This document shows positions 1-12,994 of a stretch of 64,000 nucleotides of DNA, piece after piece. The stretch comes from Klebsormidium nitens (Eukaryota; Plantae; Klebsormidiophyceae). Every line of letters begins with the position of its first letter. Position 1 is the stretch's first letter. The notes below the pieces were generated by a model, which worked only from the letters and a program-made list of their open reading frames with translations, made no database searches and had not been told where the DNA came from. The DNA lies in contig DF237142.1 of the NCBI GenBank assembly GCA_000708835.1, forward strand, positions 88,537 through 152,536. The letters are read 5' to 3'. The position numbers and the translations under genes are program-made.

Positions 1-343
1 TACGTCCTATAGTGCCCTGATTAAATCGCCGCAAGCTCTACGAACGCACATGTCTCGCAGAAACGTCAGCCACAGCACGTCTCCGGTAAAGTGCCACTTT
101 GGCGCCATGGGCAAGATGTCATTCAAGATCCACAGAGAAGCCTAAACTTCGACGCCAAATGATGTACCCGCTCATATCATAAGCAACTCGGCTGCGGGTG
201 CCTTCGAGCATAAAGTCCACTTAAATCTGCAGCCAACGGGTTTCATCGCACTCAAAGAACTCCCTCTTTTATGCAGGAGAAAAGCGCAACCTGTTCTCCA
301 GGGACAGCCTCCCAAAAAAAACAGCTCATTTCGAGCCATCTCA

Positions 344-3300
344 TCAGTTCTTGTCTAACACCCCGAACAACATACTGCTCATCTGTTCCCATGTAAGCGA
401 CTCCGATAGCGCCACATGGCGGTGGCGAGACAGCAGGTTGAGCAAATTTATCTCGTGAAGCACGGCGAAACACCTGTAGTGAAGGAGGTCGCGTGCAACT
501 TAACGTGAGCTTGCGTCAGAGCGACACTGAGGACACGGCGATAAAAGCTGGTGTGAAGTATGACCACACGTTCACCTCAAGCCTTTGATGACTCTACAAA
601 GCTACTTTGAAGCTGCGAAGAAGCACGTTCTGGACCAGCAGCTTATCGTGAGGAAGACAGCTAAACGCGCCATTCAATTCGAACCGTTTGTCAGAAGAGG
701 ACACTTACATGGCGCGGAACGAGCGTGCGTGTTGGGGGGACTTCTGCGCAGCGCCGCTCGGAGGGGAGCCATCTGGGGACAAGCGCTTATCTCCGGAATT
801 CGTGGAGGGTTGGGAAGCGCCAAGGAATGCTGACAGCAGCTCGGGGCTCCCCCGGAAAGTTCCAATGTGCAGCGATGCAATCTCGTACAGGGGGTCCCCT
901 GCAATCGAAAAGAGTCGTCAAATGATTGACTGCCACGTGGTTCGCTGATTTGCAAGTGTTGCAGCTCGCTAATTATGAATCACCAACGGACGGGGAACGG
1001 GACAGCATTATGGTTTGTCAAATGCGACATAAGTCGTCACGGCCGGAACACAACTTGCTCTGGAGATTCAGGGTTTTGAAGTCGGGCAGAGGTTTTATAC
1101 ACGTCTTAGCAAGAAGGCTACAACAGATTTTGGCTCGTTGCTTTAGAATCGAGACGTGCAGATTGGCAGGCGCTAACCTCCCTTGGGAGGTTAGCGCCTT
1201 TCCGTTTGGGAGACTTTTAAAATCATGGTGCTCAGATCGGACCAACCTTAAGATGGTGAACGAATCCGCTTGCAGTCGCTAGGGATGTCATGCAGGATCC
1301 AAATAGGCAACGGCAATGCCCAAACACGATCAGAAATGGCGGCCAAGAAACGCCAATTTGAGGAGCTGGGCTCACCCGTTCGCGCATCTGCGAAGTCTAG
1401 AATATGCACCGCCTCATACCGACCGCCAGTGTCCTTTGTTTCCCTCTTTTCCCGAACCACCCCCTCACCCACCTCCTTTTCCACCGGGCTTCGACATACC
1501 TCTCCATTCAAACGTTGCCCACCAACACCTTTCTCCTCGTCGTCACACCTCTTCGCTTCCCCTTCTGCCACCTTAAAACCCCCGTTCGCTGGATTAACTT
1601 CTCCACCCTCCTCCGTTCCCTCATTTTCGGCCCCCCTCCTCTTAGACATCAGAATATTATCCACCAGCAGGTCCGTGTGCAGCCACACCGGGTCCCCCCC
1701 GTCGAACTCGAGCAGCTCCACCGGGTCCTCCGGTACGTACCCCTCCGCTGACGTCAGCAACCGGTCGGGGAGCCCGAAGTCCTTCAGCCGGTCCGGCAGA
1801 TCCTTGCGCTGCGCCCGGAGAAACGCGGCAAAAGGACGCCACCGGGGGGGGACGCCCAGCGCCTCAAGCGAGGGCAAGTCCACCCCCCCGCGTGATTCGG
1901 TCCCCGTGGTTGACTCGTCTTCTAGGTGTAAATTGGCGCCCGGGTTCGGTTTGTTTCCCGGGATGGCAACCGCTTCGATATGTGAATTGGTTCCGGGGTG
2001 AGAGTCAGCTCCAAGGGGAACTTCAGTCTCTAGGGGACGCGCACTGCTGGTCTTCGAAATCGTGCTTGCCGATGCCCCATTCGATCCGTGGGGCTCCGAA
2101 TGCACACCATTTGAACTTGTGCCGTTGCCCTGCTGCGATCTCAAAGCGCAGTTCCCGACGACCATATTTTGAGCCTGGGGTGCTGACGTCACTGCCGACC
2201 GTGCATGCGCTTCTCCGAGGAGCCCGTCTGACTTAGTGGCCTCGCCCGGAGCTTGATGGCTGTTTTTCAAACTGGGCTCGGCGGCAGAGAAAACTTTCCG
2301 GCGCTTTTGTGGAGGCTGCCCGGCTTGACGGTCCGGTTCGTGGGCGTCATTTGCGCAGTCTGGCGGAAGCGGGAGGGCTTGAATGAAGCCGACTTGTCGG
2401 CCCAAGAAACGGGCGAGCGCGAGAAGGTCGCCTTTCGACATCTTGTCGTATCTGCAACAGATCGGCAACGGGGCGAGATGAGCGACAAAATCTGGCCAAC
2501 TAGAGCGGGTCGACAAACGGCACCTTCACTTGTCCGGTTACTAGCCAGCTCAGAGACGGACAAACGGTTCTTTTACTCGTCCGATATCAGGGAACAAAGC
2601 AAGAGTCCAGGACTTACTAAGAACATCCAAAGTAGAGCAGAAGCAAACGATCACTTCCGGCGGAATGACTGGCGTCGGTGGCTCTGAAGATGCATAGGTG
2701 GTGATGACCACTTGATTTTACATGGACACGTCACAGAGATTGCTCACGCTCAATCACAGCATACAACACTCAAAAGGGGTCACGAACGCAGGTTCGGGAG
2801 ACTTTAGCCTTCGATACGACGGCGTCAGGAGAGGCTCGACTCACCGCAAGAGATAGCAAGCAGACAAGCAACATTTGAAGACGGGAACAATCAATAATAA
2901 TCCTTCATCGGCGAACTCCACCGGTAATTGAAGCTGTTCACCAAATTTTGTTTCCTTCGGCGCAAAGGGGTAAGCCTTAAGCTCAACCCTGCTCGATATG
3001 CCTGATCCGGGGAGCGGTGCTAGAAAGGACGTTGAGACACCTCCAGCAGAACCAAAAACGTCTTCTGAGATTCGAGTTTACTCGAAGGATGGATGCGACA
3101 CAGTCTGTTCAGATCAACTGTCAGAGGTGCTTACACGTCACTGAATAGCGTCCCTTCGCACTCCGCCATAATGACGTACATCCACCTCCTCTTCACGTCA
3201 GCCGTTCCGGACGGCTCCTCCACCGTTCCGTTGACATTCCGTTCCTCAACCACTTCCCCCGCCCTGCCTTTTCCACTCGTTCTAGTTTTTCCTTCCACCC

Positions 3301-6300
3301 TGTTTGCGCCGTTTCCTATTCCTGCTCCATCCTCCAAACACCCCCCAGCCGGCCCCCGTAGTCCCACCTTGACAACCTTTCCGTTCGCATGGCCCGGTTC
3401 CGTCGCACTCTTTCCGCCGGATTTCATGTCTTCCAGCGCCAGGCTCCCGTCCTCTCCTTCGATTATTACCCCGTGACCCAAAAGGGCGGGCACCGTCCGC
3501 ACCAGCGGGCTTTTGGCCGTCCGAATGAGTTCGTGCATCATCAACTCGGTCCGGAACATTCTCTCCTGCTCCCTTCCCCCGTTCTCCTCGTCCTCGTCTT
3601 CTGCATCCCGCGCTTGGCAAGTGTGATCCCTCCTGCTTTGCACATCGCCCGCGCCATTTGACAATGCTCTACCGTTTTGCAAACACTGCCCATTTCCGTG
3701 CTCGATCTTCCCATCGTCCCCATGTCCCGCACTCACCTCAGGAACCACCCCCGCCTCATCTTCTTCCAAACCGCCCCCCAAAAACACCTTGACCACCCTC
3801 CCCCCAACCCGGAACACCGCATTCCTCCCCCCACTCACTGGGAGGCTCTCCCCTCTGCTGGGGGAGGGCTTCTCGTGCGCCGCACACACAAGCGCCAGCA
3901 CTTGCCGCCAGTGCTCTGCGCCGACGGTTTTGCAGGCGCAGTCCCAGATCCGACTTCGCAGGTCAGGGCGAGCCGCCCACATCTTCCGGAGAAGCTCTCG
4001 AAGGGCCGGCCGGTTGACGTAGTCATCTGTTAGGTCGGTGAAGTGTGACCAGGCAATGTCGGCGGGGGACGAGTGCTCGGGGGATGCATCAACCGAGCGG
4101 TTTTGGGCGAGGCGGCCGGCCCGGGACAGGCCCCTGTGGGCGAAACCCGGGGCCAAATCAGAGAAGACCTGCAAAGAAGCCAGTTTATTGTCAACTGGTA
4201 AACCTGAACTCAAATTAAGCCTTTACTTTCAGAGCAACCGCAATCAAGACGATCTGACACGCTGCCTGGCAGCCAAGCTGAAGAGTTACGATCCCAAACT
4301 TCGCCTTGGCAGAAACTTTCAAACCAAGCTTTCACCATAGGCTAGCTGCCTGCTAATGGGTTTGGGTGATTCCCTCGCTTTCAAAGGCTTGTGTTTGCTA
4401 ATCCCGTACCCTATTTTTGGCACCCAGTACTTCCTTCTTCTGTCAGTTTCCCGAGCCGTCCAGCTGGGAAAAAGATAACAGGATCTACCCTTCTTGTTGA
4501 AGCGGCCCTTGCACACGACAATTTCTCGACTGAGCACTCCTTAAATCGAGTCTCGGGAATCACCGTCTCGAAGTTGGCCTCGTTCAGGAAGTTGTGCGTA
4601 ACCGCGATCGAGTTCTCGATGTTGAGCACGCAGTGCCACCACCCCCCCGGAACGAATATGGTTTCTCCAGGGAGCTGTGTGCACTCGAGGGGCCGCTCAT
4701 CCGGGGGTATGTGGGGATATACGTCCAGCCACCACTGCAAACTGGGGGGGCCGTCGAAAGATAGATCGCCGTCGTCTTCGCTCACCTGCCAAAGAAGGGT
4801 GAGAACCAAAATAGAATGATGAGAGAAAACCCATTTTTAGGAACTGTCGTTTGGCCGAAGCTTTCGTCTATGTGGCCACATTAGAGGATTCTGACGAATT
4901 TATTGCAAGCTTTCGTGCTCACCGAGGGAAGGCGTAAAGGATGACGAAAGTAACCATGAGCTTGAGGCCCAATGTATTCAAAGTCACGTGTTCTTGATTC
5001 GCATTTGAATGCGCACAAGGACTGCGCAGACCAGCGACTCAACAAAACTGGTATGGTTTAGTGAAGCTCCTCGAAGACCCTCTTACACGCAATGCTTGGC
5101 CAGTTACTTGATATCTGTGCATGAATGGATTTTGAGTCCCGCATCAACTCACCCTGAGCGTCACGCCAGGCGGCACTCTTCCGGGGGGGTACAACGCCCA
5201 GCGTTTCTTCCCCCTCACAAGCGCGTTCCAGGCGCTCGTCAGATTTGGGTCCACGTGCCAGGCCGCCCCGGACCGGGGGGGTCCCAGAACCAGCCACCGG
5301 AAGGGGGGCTTCAACTCCCCCTCGAGAAGCTCTAGAAAATCGTCCCCGAAAAGGGGGGGAACGGAGTAGTCGCTCAGGAGGGGGGGGGCCGTCTCGCCGT
5401 ATGTGGGGTCGAAAATGTACAGGGGTTCTTCGTCATGCTGGACGCGTGTGTAAGCTGCGTAGTCGCGCAGCGTCATCTTGACCTGCGGAGTTTTCGAAGC
5501 TGGGTCAGAAACGCCATTAAAAGGCTCCGGTTGCTGGCTTGAAGGCCTCAAAGTCGTGACATTGATCCGAAGATCAAGCATACCGGTATTCTCAAGCTTG
5601 CGTTTCCGACCTTGTTGAATTTCTGGCACTTCGAAACTGCCTGTGGCGTTCACCAGAAGTCGTTTCGTTGGCCCAGTCGGTACGTCCGTCCACCATTAAA
5701 AGAGTACTAGCTTTCAAACAGCCTTGAAGCTTTCGGTTCTAGGGCATGATCCCCTGATGAATTTCAATCTCACGAGCCTGCAAATCGAGGAACCGAAATT
5801 TGAAAACAATCAACGTCAGACGTGACTTGGAACGTCGAGGTAGAGAAGAACACTCCTGATTGGAAAGGCAGTGATAGTAGTCACAGAAGTCCGCACTGAG
5901 AGGCTAGCAACGACAAAGGCTGCTCTTATCTTAACTTTATTCGCAGACCGGAATATCACGGATCAATTGCAATACCAAGACGAGAAGGTCACAAGATTTG
6001 TTCTCTCACTTCACCTTAGCAAAGGCTTGGTTCCTGTGCGCCTCTAATACCCAACAGATCAGAAGAAAGCTTCACAGCCTGGACACGTGCTGACAAATAA
6101 CAAGAACACATCCTCACCGCTTTCCCGTGCGCTTGCGAGACTTTGAACTTGGCGTCCCCGAATCGGTCCACCAACTTAGGCAGGGTCCACTCCTGGCTGG
6201 CTGGCCAACGCCCCACAATGTCCGTCAGAAGAACCGGCTTCTTTCCGTCAAACTCCGCAGCAAACTCCTGTTGCGAGATGTTGCCCCGTCGCTCGACGTG

Positions 6301-8162
6301 GCCGGTGTCAAAGGAGAAGGTGTGCAGGTCGATGTGGCAGCGGTACCACTGGCGGTACAGGTGCAGCGAGGAAAACCCTGGAGGGAATTGGGTTTGTTCT
6401 GCTCTAAAACACTGAACACTCTGGTTGAGGCAAAGGACGCTCAATATCCTCAACAAATGGAACCCAGAATTCCTTTGAGAAATTGGTGGCAATCGACATG
6501 AGTGTTGAACGAGGTTCTTCGTGTTGTCGAATGTAGGTATTTGTCACTCTAATGACAATTTCTATTCGTGATAGAGGAGTGGGACTTGCAGCAGACCGCC
6601 AGAAAGAGTGGATTCTGGGAAGCAATTTGGCCCCACTGATCCAACCTGGCTGTCCCTTCTAAGCTATAAGTTGCATACTCTGTCCGTCATATTATCAAAA
6701 TATGACGCAGCAAATTCCTTGAAACTACGCCCAAATTCCAATCCATATTTGCAGTTGCAACATGCTCACCTCGTAAGCAGTCAAACTCAATTGAGAACGG
6801 CTAGTCGACTTTTGTTCGAAAGTGGTGACCAAGATAAGACACAGGGTCCGGCTGCTCTGAGACAAGACGCCCTCACCTTCGAACCTTCGCAGAGGGTGTG
6901 GGCTTGGCAGTGCAATCTTCATCTCCTCGGCTCGCCTGCAAGTATCAAGGCACCGAGCGTTCTTAGCCTGGCCGTCAGATGACAAATTGTTCCGCCTCCG
7001 GTTCAAAAGCTGTCCCTAAAATATGGCTATGCACACAAAGCTGACAATTCCGCCTCATATTTGCTGGAGAAGAGGCGACGATGCCTGGTCACAGAGTGGA
7101 AGGCGGCAGTCCTGTGAATGTCTTCCATATGTTTGAGTGGTTCAAACAAGGAGTACGAGGCAGGTTTGCTGTCGTCTTGCCGGTAGCCTTGAGTGGGGCA
7201 CTTGGATACATTGGGTTCTAGCTGAACCTCGCCGAAGGATACAAACCTGCGGACCTCGGAAGTCAAGTTCAAACCCAGAGAGAGAGTACAATCAAAAACC
7301 AACATCCTGTGTGAGTTTACTGCGCTTTCTAGATGTGTGACGATTAAGCTGCGACTGGGAATTCTCTTGGGGGGTGAAGTCTGCAACTCTCGGAAAAATT
7401 GGCGCACCTTGCGAGCGCAGTCTGCTTCCAAGTCCCATGGTACACCATCGGCTTGTCAGAGGGAGTGCCCAGGCACAACCGCATCCACAGAGGCTCGTCG
7501 TTGCAGAATATGTAAAACACACTGGCGAAAGCGCACATACAAGAGTCAGCAAGGATGCTTCTGCCCCTGCGGTGGCCCCAAATGCTTCAGTGAATTTTAC
7601 ATGAAGCCAGCTGGACTTTGACATTGCGGACCAATTGAAGGTGACTGGAAGTGATGACAAGATAGAAGCTGAAGCATGCGCCAAAATCTTAAAAGCGACA
7701 AACTTATCAGGCGATGGTTTTTCAGAATGACAAGTGCATCAGCATCTCTCCTGTGGCACATGTAGACAAACCATTTGTGAGTCTTCAAACGCCAACACAA
7801 CGGCTCCTCTTAGGTGCAGATTTTTAAAAGCCTGGTTGACAAAGCTCCTTACACCAACAGGTCTCAGAATCTAGTCCAGTTTTGCCAAGAGTCGCAAATG
7901 GGAGCTCAAGTCCTCTGCAGACAACAGGATTTGCCCTAGCAAATGCCATAGCATACATAAAGTCTGGGAGTGCTTCTCAACAGATTGTAAAGGAAGCGCC
8001 AATTCACCTGCTCACACACGCCAGCCTTTCCACCTCTTGCATGTGTAGCCCGCCCAGTATGCGGCAGATGATGTCATCTGTCAGGACTCGGAGGTTTCCC
8101 AACCCGCTGTTCCTCCTCCAATCCATGGCCGCAAGCGGAGGGATCCCTGAGTGCTGACTCAT
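344..8162 (-). CDS. F-box + JmjC (JMJD6-like) + aminoglycoside-phosphotransferase-like domain protein (At1g78280/JMJ21-like)
   Basis: Spliced model: 8162-8008, 7521-7408, 7246-~7090 (donor uncertain), 6967-6877, 6377-6118, 5482-5153, 4785-4564, 4168-3135, 2451-1376, 898-708, 473-344. F-box LRVLTDDIICRILGGL...LACVSSVFYIFCNDEPLW; JmjC FRWLVLGPPRSGAAWHVDP...PGETIFVPGGWWHCVLN; kinase-like WLHTDLLVDNIL...HILDFADARTGDPLYEI; ends CFAVLHE...LTWEQMSSMLFGVLDKN*. GT-AG junctions with consistent phases apart from the uncertain exon 3 donor. Confidence 0.9.
1168..1199. repeat. Perfect intronic inverted repeat (15-bp arms, 2-nt loop)
   Basis: AGGCGCTAACCTCCC-TT-GGGAGGTTAGCGCCT inside the 899-1375 intron. 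Confidence 0.9.
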
Positions 8163-9012
8163 TAAGTACCACCTCTGTCTACTTGTAACAGGATGTGGAG
8201 CAGACCGCAAGCGGAAGACAGGAACTCAAATCCTCAAATCCTTGAGGAGTAATGTTGAGTTTTTGATACCTCAAAGCACTCTCACGCATTCCGCCCTCTT
8301 GATTTCAGAGAGTGCGCTACGATTTAACAAGCATATGTTGCCCTCCCTTTGGCCAACAGACAGATCAGCAAATTGGCGACCACCCACTGCTTCCGGACAG
8401 AAGATACACAAAGCCTTCACGCCTCGGTTCTGCACCACCAACTGATCCCCACTGCCACCGTCCCTACCACCACTGGCACCAGCCGGACTCGCCTCTTATT
8501 TGTTGCGGCCAACTCCGCGCTTTCAATTTGCGCTTTCAACTTCAAGTTCAAGTTGCCGAGCGGCGAGTCCTGTGCACAGTACTGCAGTGGCACTGCAGTC
8601 TGCAGCGTGCAGGCGCCCGGCCTCGCCCTGGTTCTTGCAAGCCCGTCGACGTTGTCCCGTTCCGTTGTTGAGTTTTCCGCCCCTGCCTCCATCAGATAAT
8701 CATCCGGAACGCGAAAGGATTGCTCCCCATGCATGACGTGCATGTTTGCCGGATTGTTGGATTGTGCACAGTTCTGAGTTCATGCCATAATGAATTCTGT
8801 CAGAATGTATCAGCACTCGTACACAGTGTCAGTCAGAGCTCTACTTCACAGCTCTTGGGTTCATGCTATTGCCAGTAGGTCCACATGGAAGCCTTCTGAA
8901 GGCCAGTGATGGTCCAGAATGTGTCAAGAATATGTTATACAGCGGACAAAGCTTGCAATCACCATCTCAGGTACAGGTCATGACAGAAGTCGAGTAGTAG
9001 ACTACGTGCCGA

Positions 9013-9074
9013 CTTCAAAAAGTGACCTTGATCTGGTTCTCCACTTCAAAAAGTGATCTTGATTTGGTTCTCCA
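9013..9074. repeat. 31-bp tandem duplication (2 copies, 2 mismatches)
   Basis: CTTCAAAAAGTGACCTTGATCTGGTTCTCCA followed directly by CTTCAAAAAGTGATCTTGATTTGGTTCTCCA. Confidence 0.9.
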
Positions 9075-9680
9075 GAGATTCGTACATGGATTTGGCATAT
9101 TATGGCGCAAACTTATCGAGTGACCATCAGTACAATGATCACCTTGCAACATTCACTAGAGCCGCTTCTTGTAATCTACATCAAATCGTGTTAGAGCCCA
9201 GCTCTATGAAAACTTGGCCTTCGTTTTAAATATGATGTATATGGTCCCAGCAACATAACTGTCCTTGATTAAGTGCTTGGTAAGAGCTGCGGCCCATGGC
9301 TGCTTGATGGTCACTCCGTATTAATGAACGCGTGCACACCCAGGTGCATACGGCATTAGTCAGGCATGCGTGTCCGTCGCAATCAACCATGATTCCATCA
9401 GGCACTAGCTTATCAGTGATTCAACGGGCTACTACATCCAAGAAGCGAAGAACAGAAAACAAGCGCTTGGGGGAAAAGTGATGATGCGTGTAACCTCTGT
9501 TTCAATGGACCTGGTGGGTCAACATAATCAGCTCCGGAGAAAAATCCTTCAGCACCTCTTCAAAGCTTCATAAACCTGCAATGTCTCTCAACCAGCCTCC
9601 CAGTTTAGTTCGTCTGAAGAAGGAGATTCGCGGGCATGTATTCGCAGCAAAATCTAGCTCCCAAGGAGTTGAAGACGGTC

Positions 9681-12600
9681 TTACTTCTTATCCTTGGCTC
9701 TGCTGATGTAACTACCTGCTTTTGTATCTATAATGATGTCGTCGCCAATATTTACAAAGAGCGGAACCTGAAGTGTGCCTCCAGTCTCCACCGTACAAGG
9801 CTTGGATCCACCTGAAAGCAGCCGGAGGATGTGCTCCATTATTAACCAGCTCCAAGCGAACGGAAGGACGTTTCCGGAAAGCGTGAAATATCAGCGACCT
9901 GCTTTCAGAGAGCGACCGTTCTGCGCAGGACTATGCATTGTGATTACGGGGACGCCCCCAGTATCCAGTTGGGAACGGAGGACTCACGTTACTTAAGTTT
10001 GGTTAGAGCTCCTAACCCATACTTCGACAACCTAGGTTTAGATGAGGTGGAGGTCAGGCGGGCATGAGCATCCAAATCTTTTCGCCCTTACATCAAGAGC
10101 CAATTGGCTTCCGCCCGTTTCGATATGACCGGTGGCCCCCTGCAGACCACTGCCGCAACCGCAAACTTTCTCGTAAGCTTTGAAGTTACTCGTCCGCTCA
10201 ATGCAGATTCTGCACAGGTTGCTGCCCCGCCGAAGAAATCTTGCTTTCGTCAAGCGACTAACTTCGACGAGTTTCATCGTGAATCGATGGGACGCTCTCA
10301 TCACTGCCGCTATTTGCCACTGCGCCATTGACCTTGCGCGGTGTCAGCTGATGCGCTCGTAAGTTCGGAAACTCGCTAAAAAATGAGTAAAGAAAAAGGG
10401 AACTATAAGAAAGAAGAACATAAGCAAGCTCACCCTGCGCAGTGTCGCCTCTGACCCCCGGGTCCGTGTCCGTGACTTTGAGCACGACCGACGACGGCAA
10501 CTCGACAGCCAGCACGCGGCCGTTCCATATCACCACTTCGCACTCGGAGCCTTCCTTGAGCCACTTGTTCATGTCGCCCACGTTCTCCTTCGTCACTCGG
10601 ATCTCCTCGTACGTTTCCTGGCGACACAGAAACGGAGGCATGAGCGCAAGGACGGAAAGAGACAGAGTCTCTTCAAAGGAAAGGGGATCAAAGACCGCGA
10701 GCTTTGTACATAGCTCTACGTGTCCTTTCGTAGGACGAGGCTCCCCATGAGTTTCCTGGCGACACGGAATGGATGCGGAAGTGGAGGACAACGGAGACTA
10801 AAATATCTTCTAACGAGAGGAAACAGATGTCGCGAACGCTGCAGATGGCTGTACTTCTCCTCAGTCACAAGAGCTCCTCGTACGTTTCCTGGCGGTGGCG
10901 TTTCACGGGGATCACCAATCCACAAAAGCCGAAAACTATAAGGAGCTCGTGTCGAGCACTTATAGAGCCTGGGAAAAGACGTGGATCATCCTGGAGTGGG
11001 ATTGCTAAGACTGAAAAGTTTGTAGAGCATCGAAACGTTCAGCTCTCACCATATCCATAAACACTAGTTGGTCCCCGTCATTGTACGTGTACTGCTTCGT
11101 CCGCTTGTCGACCTCCGCAGCCTCCACGCTTTCGCCCGCCCGGAACGTCTTTTCGACCGTGTTGTTGGTGATGTAGTTCTTGAGCTTGGAGCGCACAAAC
11201 GCGGAGCCCTTGCCAGGCTTGACGTGCAAAAACTCTGCGAGAAGCTCCAGGGTGACGTCAGAAAAGTGACGATCGCTTGGAAGTTGATCTGTCCTTTCTG
11301 TGAAGCCGGATGGCAGAGGGCAATCGTTGATCGGGCTTGCAATACTTCAGGGCGCTGGCTTGTGCGATTCTGAAACTCGAGACTTCATTGGATGGAGTGT
11401 CACGGCGACGCGCAGCTTTTATCACATCTCGTTGGAACGGGCTTATCTGCACCTAAGCATCGCTTCCATCTCGGAGAGCTTTGTCAAAGAGTGACATCTG
11501 AAAATAGCGGCTGTCGGAATCGTGGACAACATTAGATCGAAAAACGCATTCCTTATCCCACAGCTTATGTACCCATCTTAAGAGACCGAACAGGGTCTTT
11601 GTCTAGGTGTAGGCTTGGTGCAGAATGCACGTACCTTGCACCCTGTATGGCGCGCCATCAACTACGATGTTCAGACCCGTCTTGAAGTCATTGCTAGAGA
11701 CGGTGGCCGCTCGTATACCTGCAACAGGGGCAAGCTTGTGGTTTGAGTGATTCGAGGTTTTAGGCTTAGCCGCAGCGTCAGCTTCAAAGGTGTAACTCCT
11801 TACATGCTTCTGATTCAATAGGTGGCAGGGATTACAATGGAAGTTTGATTTTGGGCCAGTCTGACGACTTTTCATTGGATACGAAATCCTAGAGCTTTGA
11901 AAATGTATCATCAATTTCACCCTGGTAGCATTGTCAATCAAACTAGCTAAGGTGTAAAGCGTAGATAATATTGTCAGAGTGATAACCTTCCAAGCTCTCT
12001 AAAGTGCCATAAAACGTCAAGTGAATTGTCTTGTGAGCAGACACCAGTCAGCGGGCATGAAAGTCTTCTGGGTGATGCCAAAGCGTTGAGGCGCCAACAG
12101 ATTCTATGAGGTTGTCAACAACGATAGAAGAGGACAGGATTCTGCTGATTCTGACCGCAGGCGCAACAGTTGAGCTGCAACTTGATATCCAGACACTGTT
12201 CCGCGACTAGACCGTGAACGTAGGAATAGCGACACCAGACCCATCAACGAATGCAACAATCAGTGCAGTACAAGAACACTGCACAGCATGCTCATACCGA
12301 AGGTGGCAGGCGACTGCCCAAGCCTGGTAAGCGCTGTGATGGATTATGTGCGGGGAGCAAGTGTTTTTAGAGAACGCATCGGAGGAGACTCTAGGAATCT
12401 GGAGGAACCGGTACGATGGTCGGTGGTAACTCACAGGAACATGGGGACAACGCTAAATAGCCCATTCTTAGCAAGATAGACGTGTAGTGCATTCAGGAAT
12501 CCAAGCTGATAGAGCCGCGATGCATTGGGTGCTGATATGCATATCTACATCTAGTGGCATTTTGAGTGGTCCCGATCAACTGTGCCACCGTTGAGCGACC

Positions 12601-12937
12601 CTCAAAGTGCGGACTGGTAAATGGTATACGTAAAGCTCAGCCACTACAACTCTTAAGTCGGGCTCTCTACTAATCATCAGACTCCCACATTGCGTGCAAC
12701 CAAAGAAGCTCCTCAGTATTGACGCTTGCACAACTTACTGATCGGGCGCCTTTCCGGCAGGCGACTCGGTCTCATGTGCGGTTGCCTCTGCGTCCACCCC
12801 TGCGGCCCCGCCAGAAAGCTCTTGATTCCGATGAAGGAACTGGGCCTTGGTTTGAGTGCCCCCTGCATTCCGCTGGCGGGGGACACTGCCAGCCCGCTTG
12901 TCAACATTGATCGGCACCCCGCGTGGACAAGCGCCAT
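9681..12937 (-). CDS. efp: Plastid-targeted translation elongation factor P
   Basis: Exons 12937-12739 (transit-peptide-like, Ser/Arg-rich), 11718-11635, 11234-11050, 10617-10434, 9811-9681. [41 protein letters not shown] (conserved KPGKG loop)...[36 protein letters not shown]...*. Confidence 0.95.
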
Positions 12938-12994
12938 CGTTGCAGGTGCCTAAGTCAAATGGAGAAGGATGTCGTTGTGGACAGGGGTTCTGGC

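Noticed and set aside
1270-2001. 243-aa plus-strand ORF (also 42701-43855, 44698-46140 and many similar)
   Set aside because: Antisense or alternative-frame shadows of GC-rich coding exons, or ORFs inflated by the N gap; no independent motifs.
2452-2516. Upstream acceptor at 2489 for the JmjC-gene exon
   Set aside because: The TGTTGCAG acceptor at 2451 has a better pyrimidine tract and matches the family alignment.
9960-10330. [10 protein letters not shown]-like segment as the last EF-P exon
   Set aside because: The true terminal exon ([12 protein letters not shown]...) is at 9811-9681 with a much better family match.
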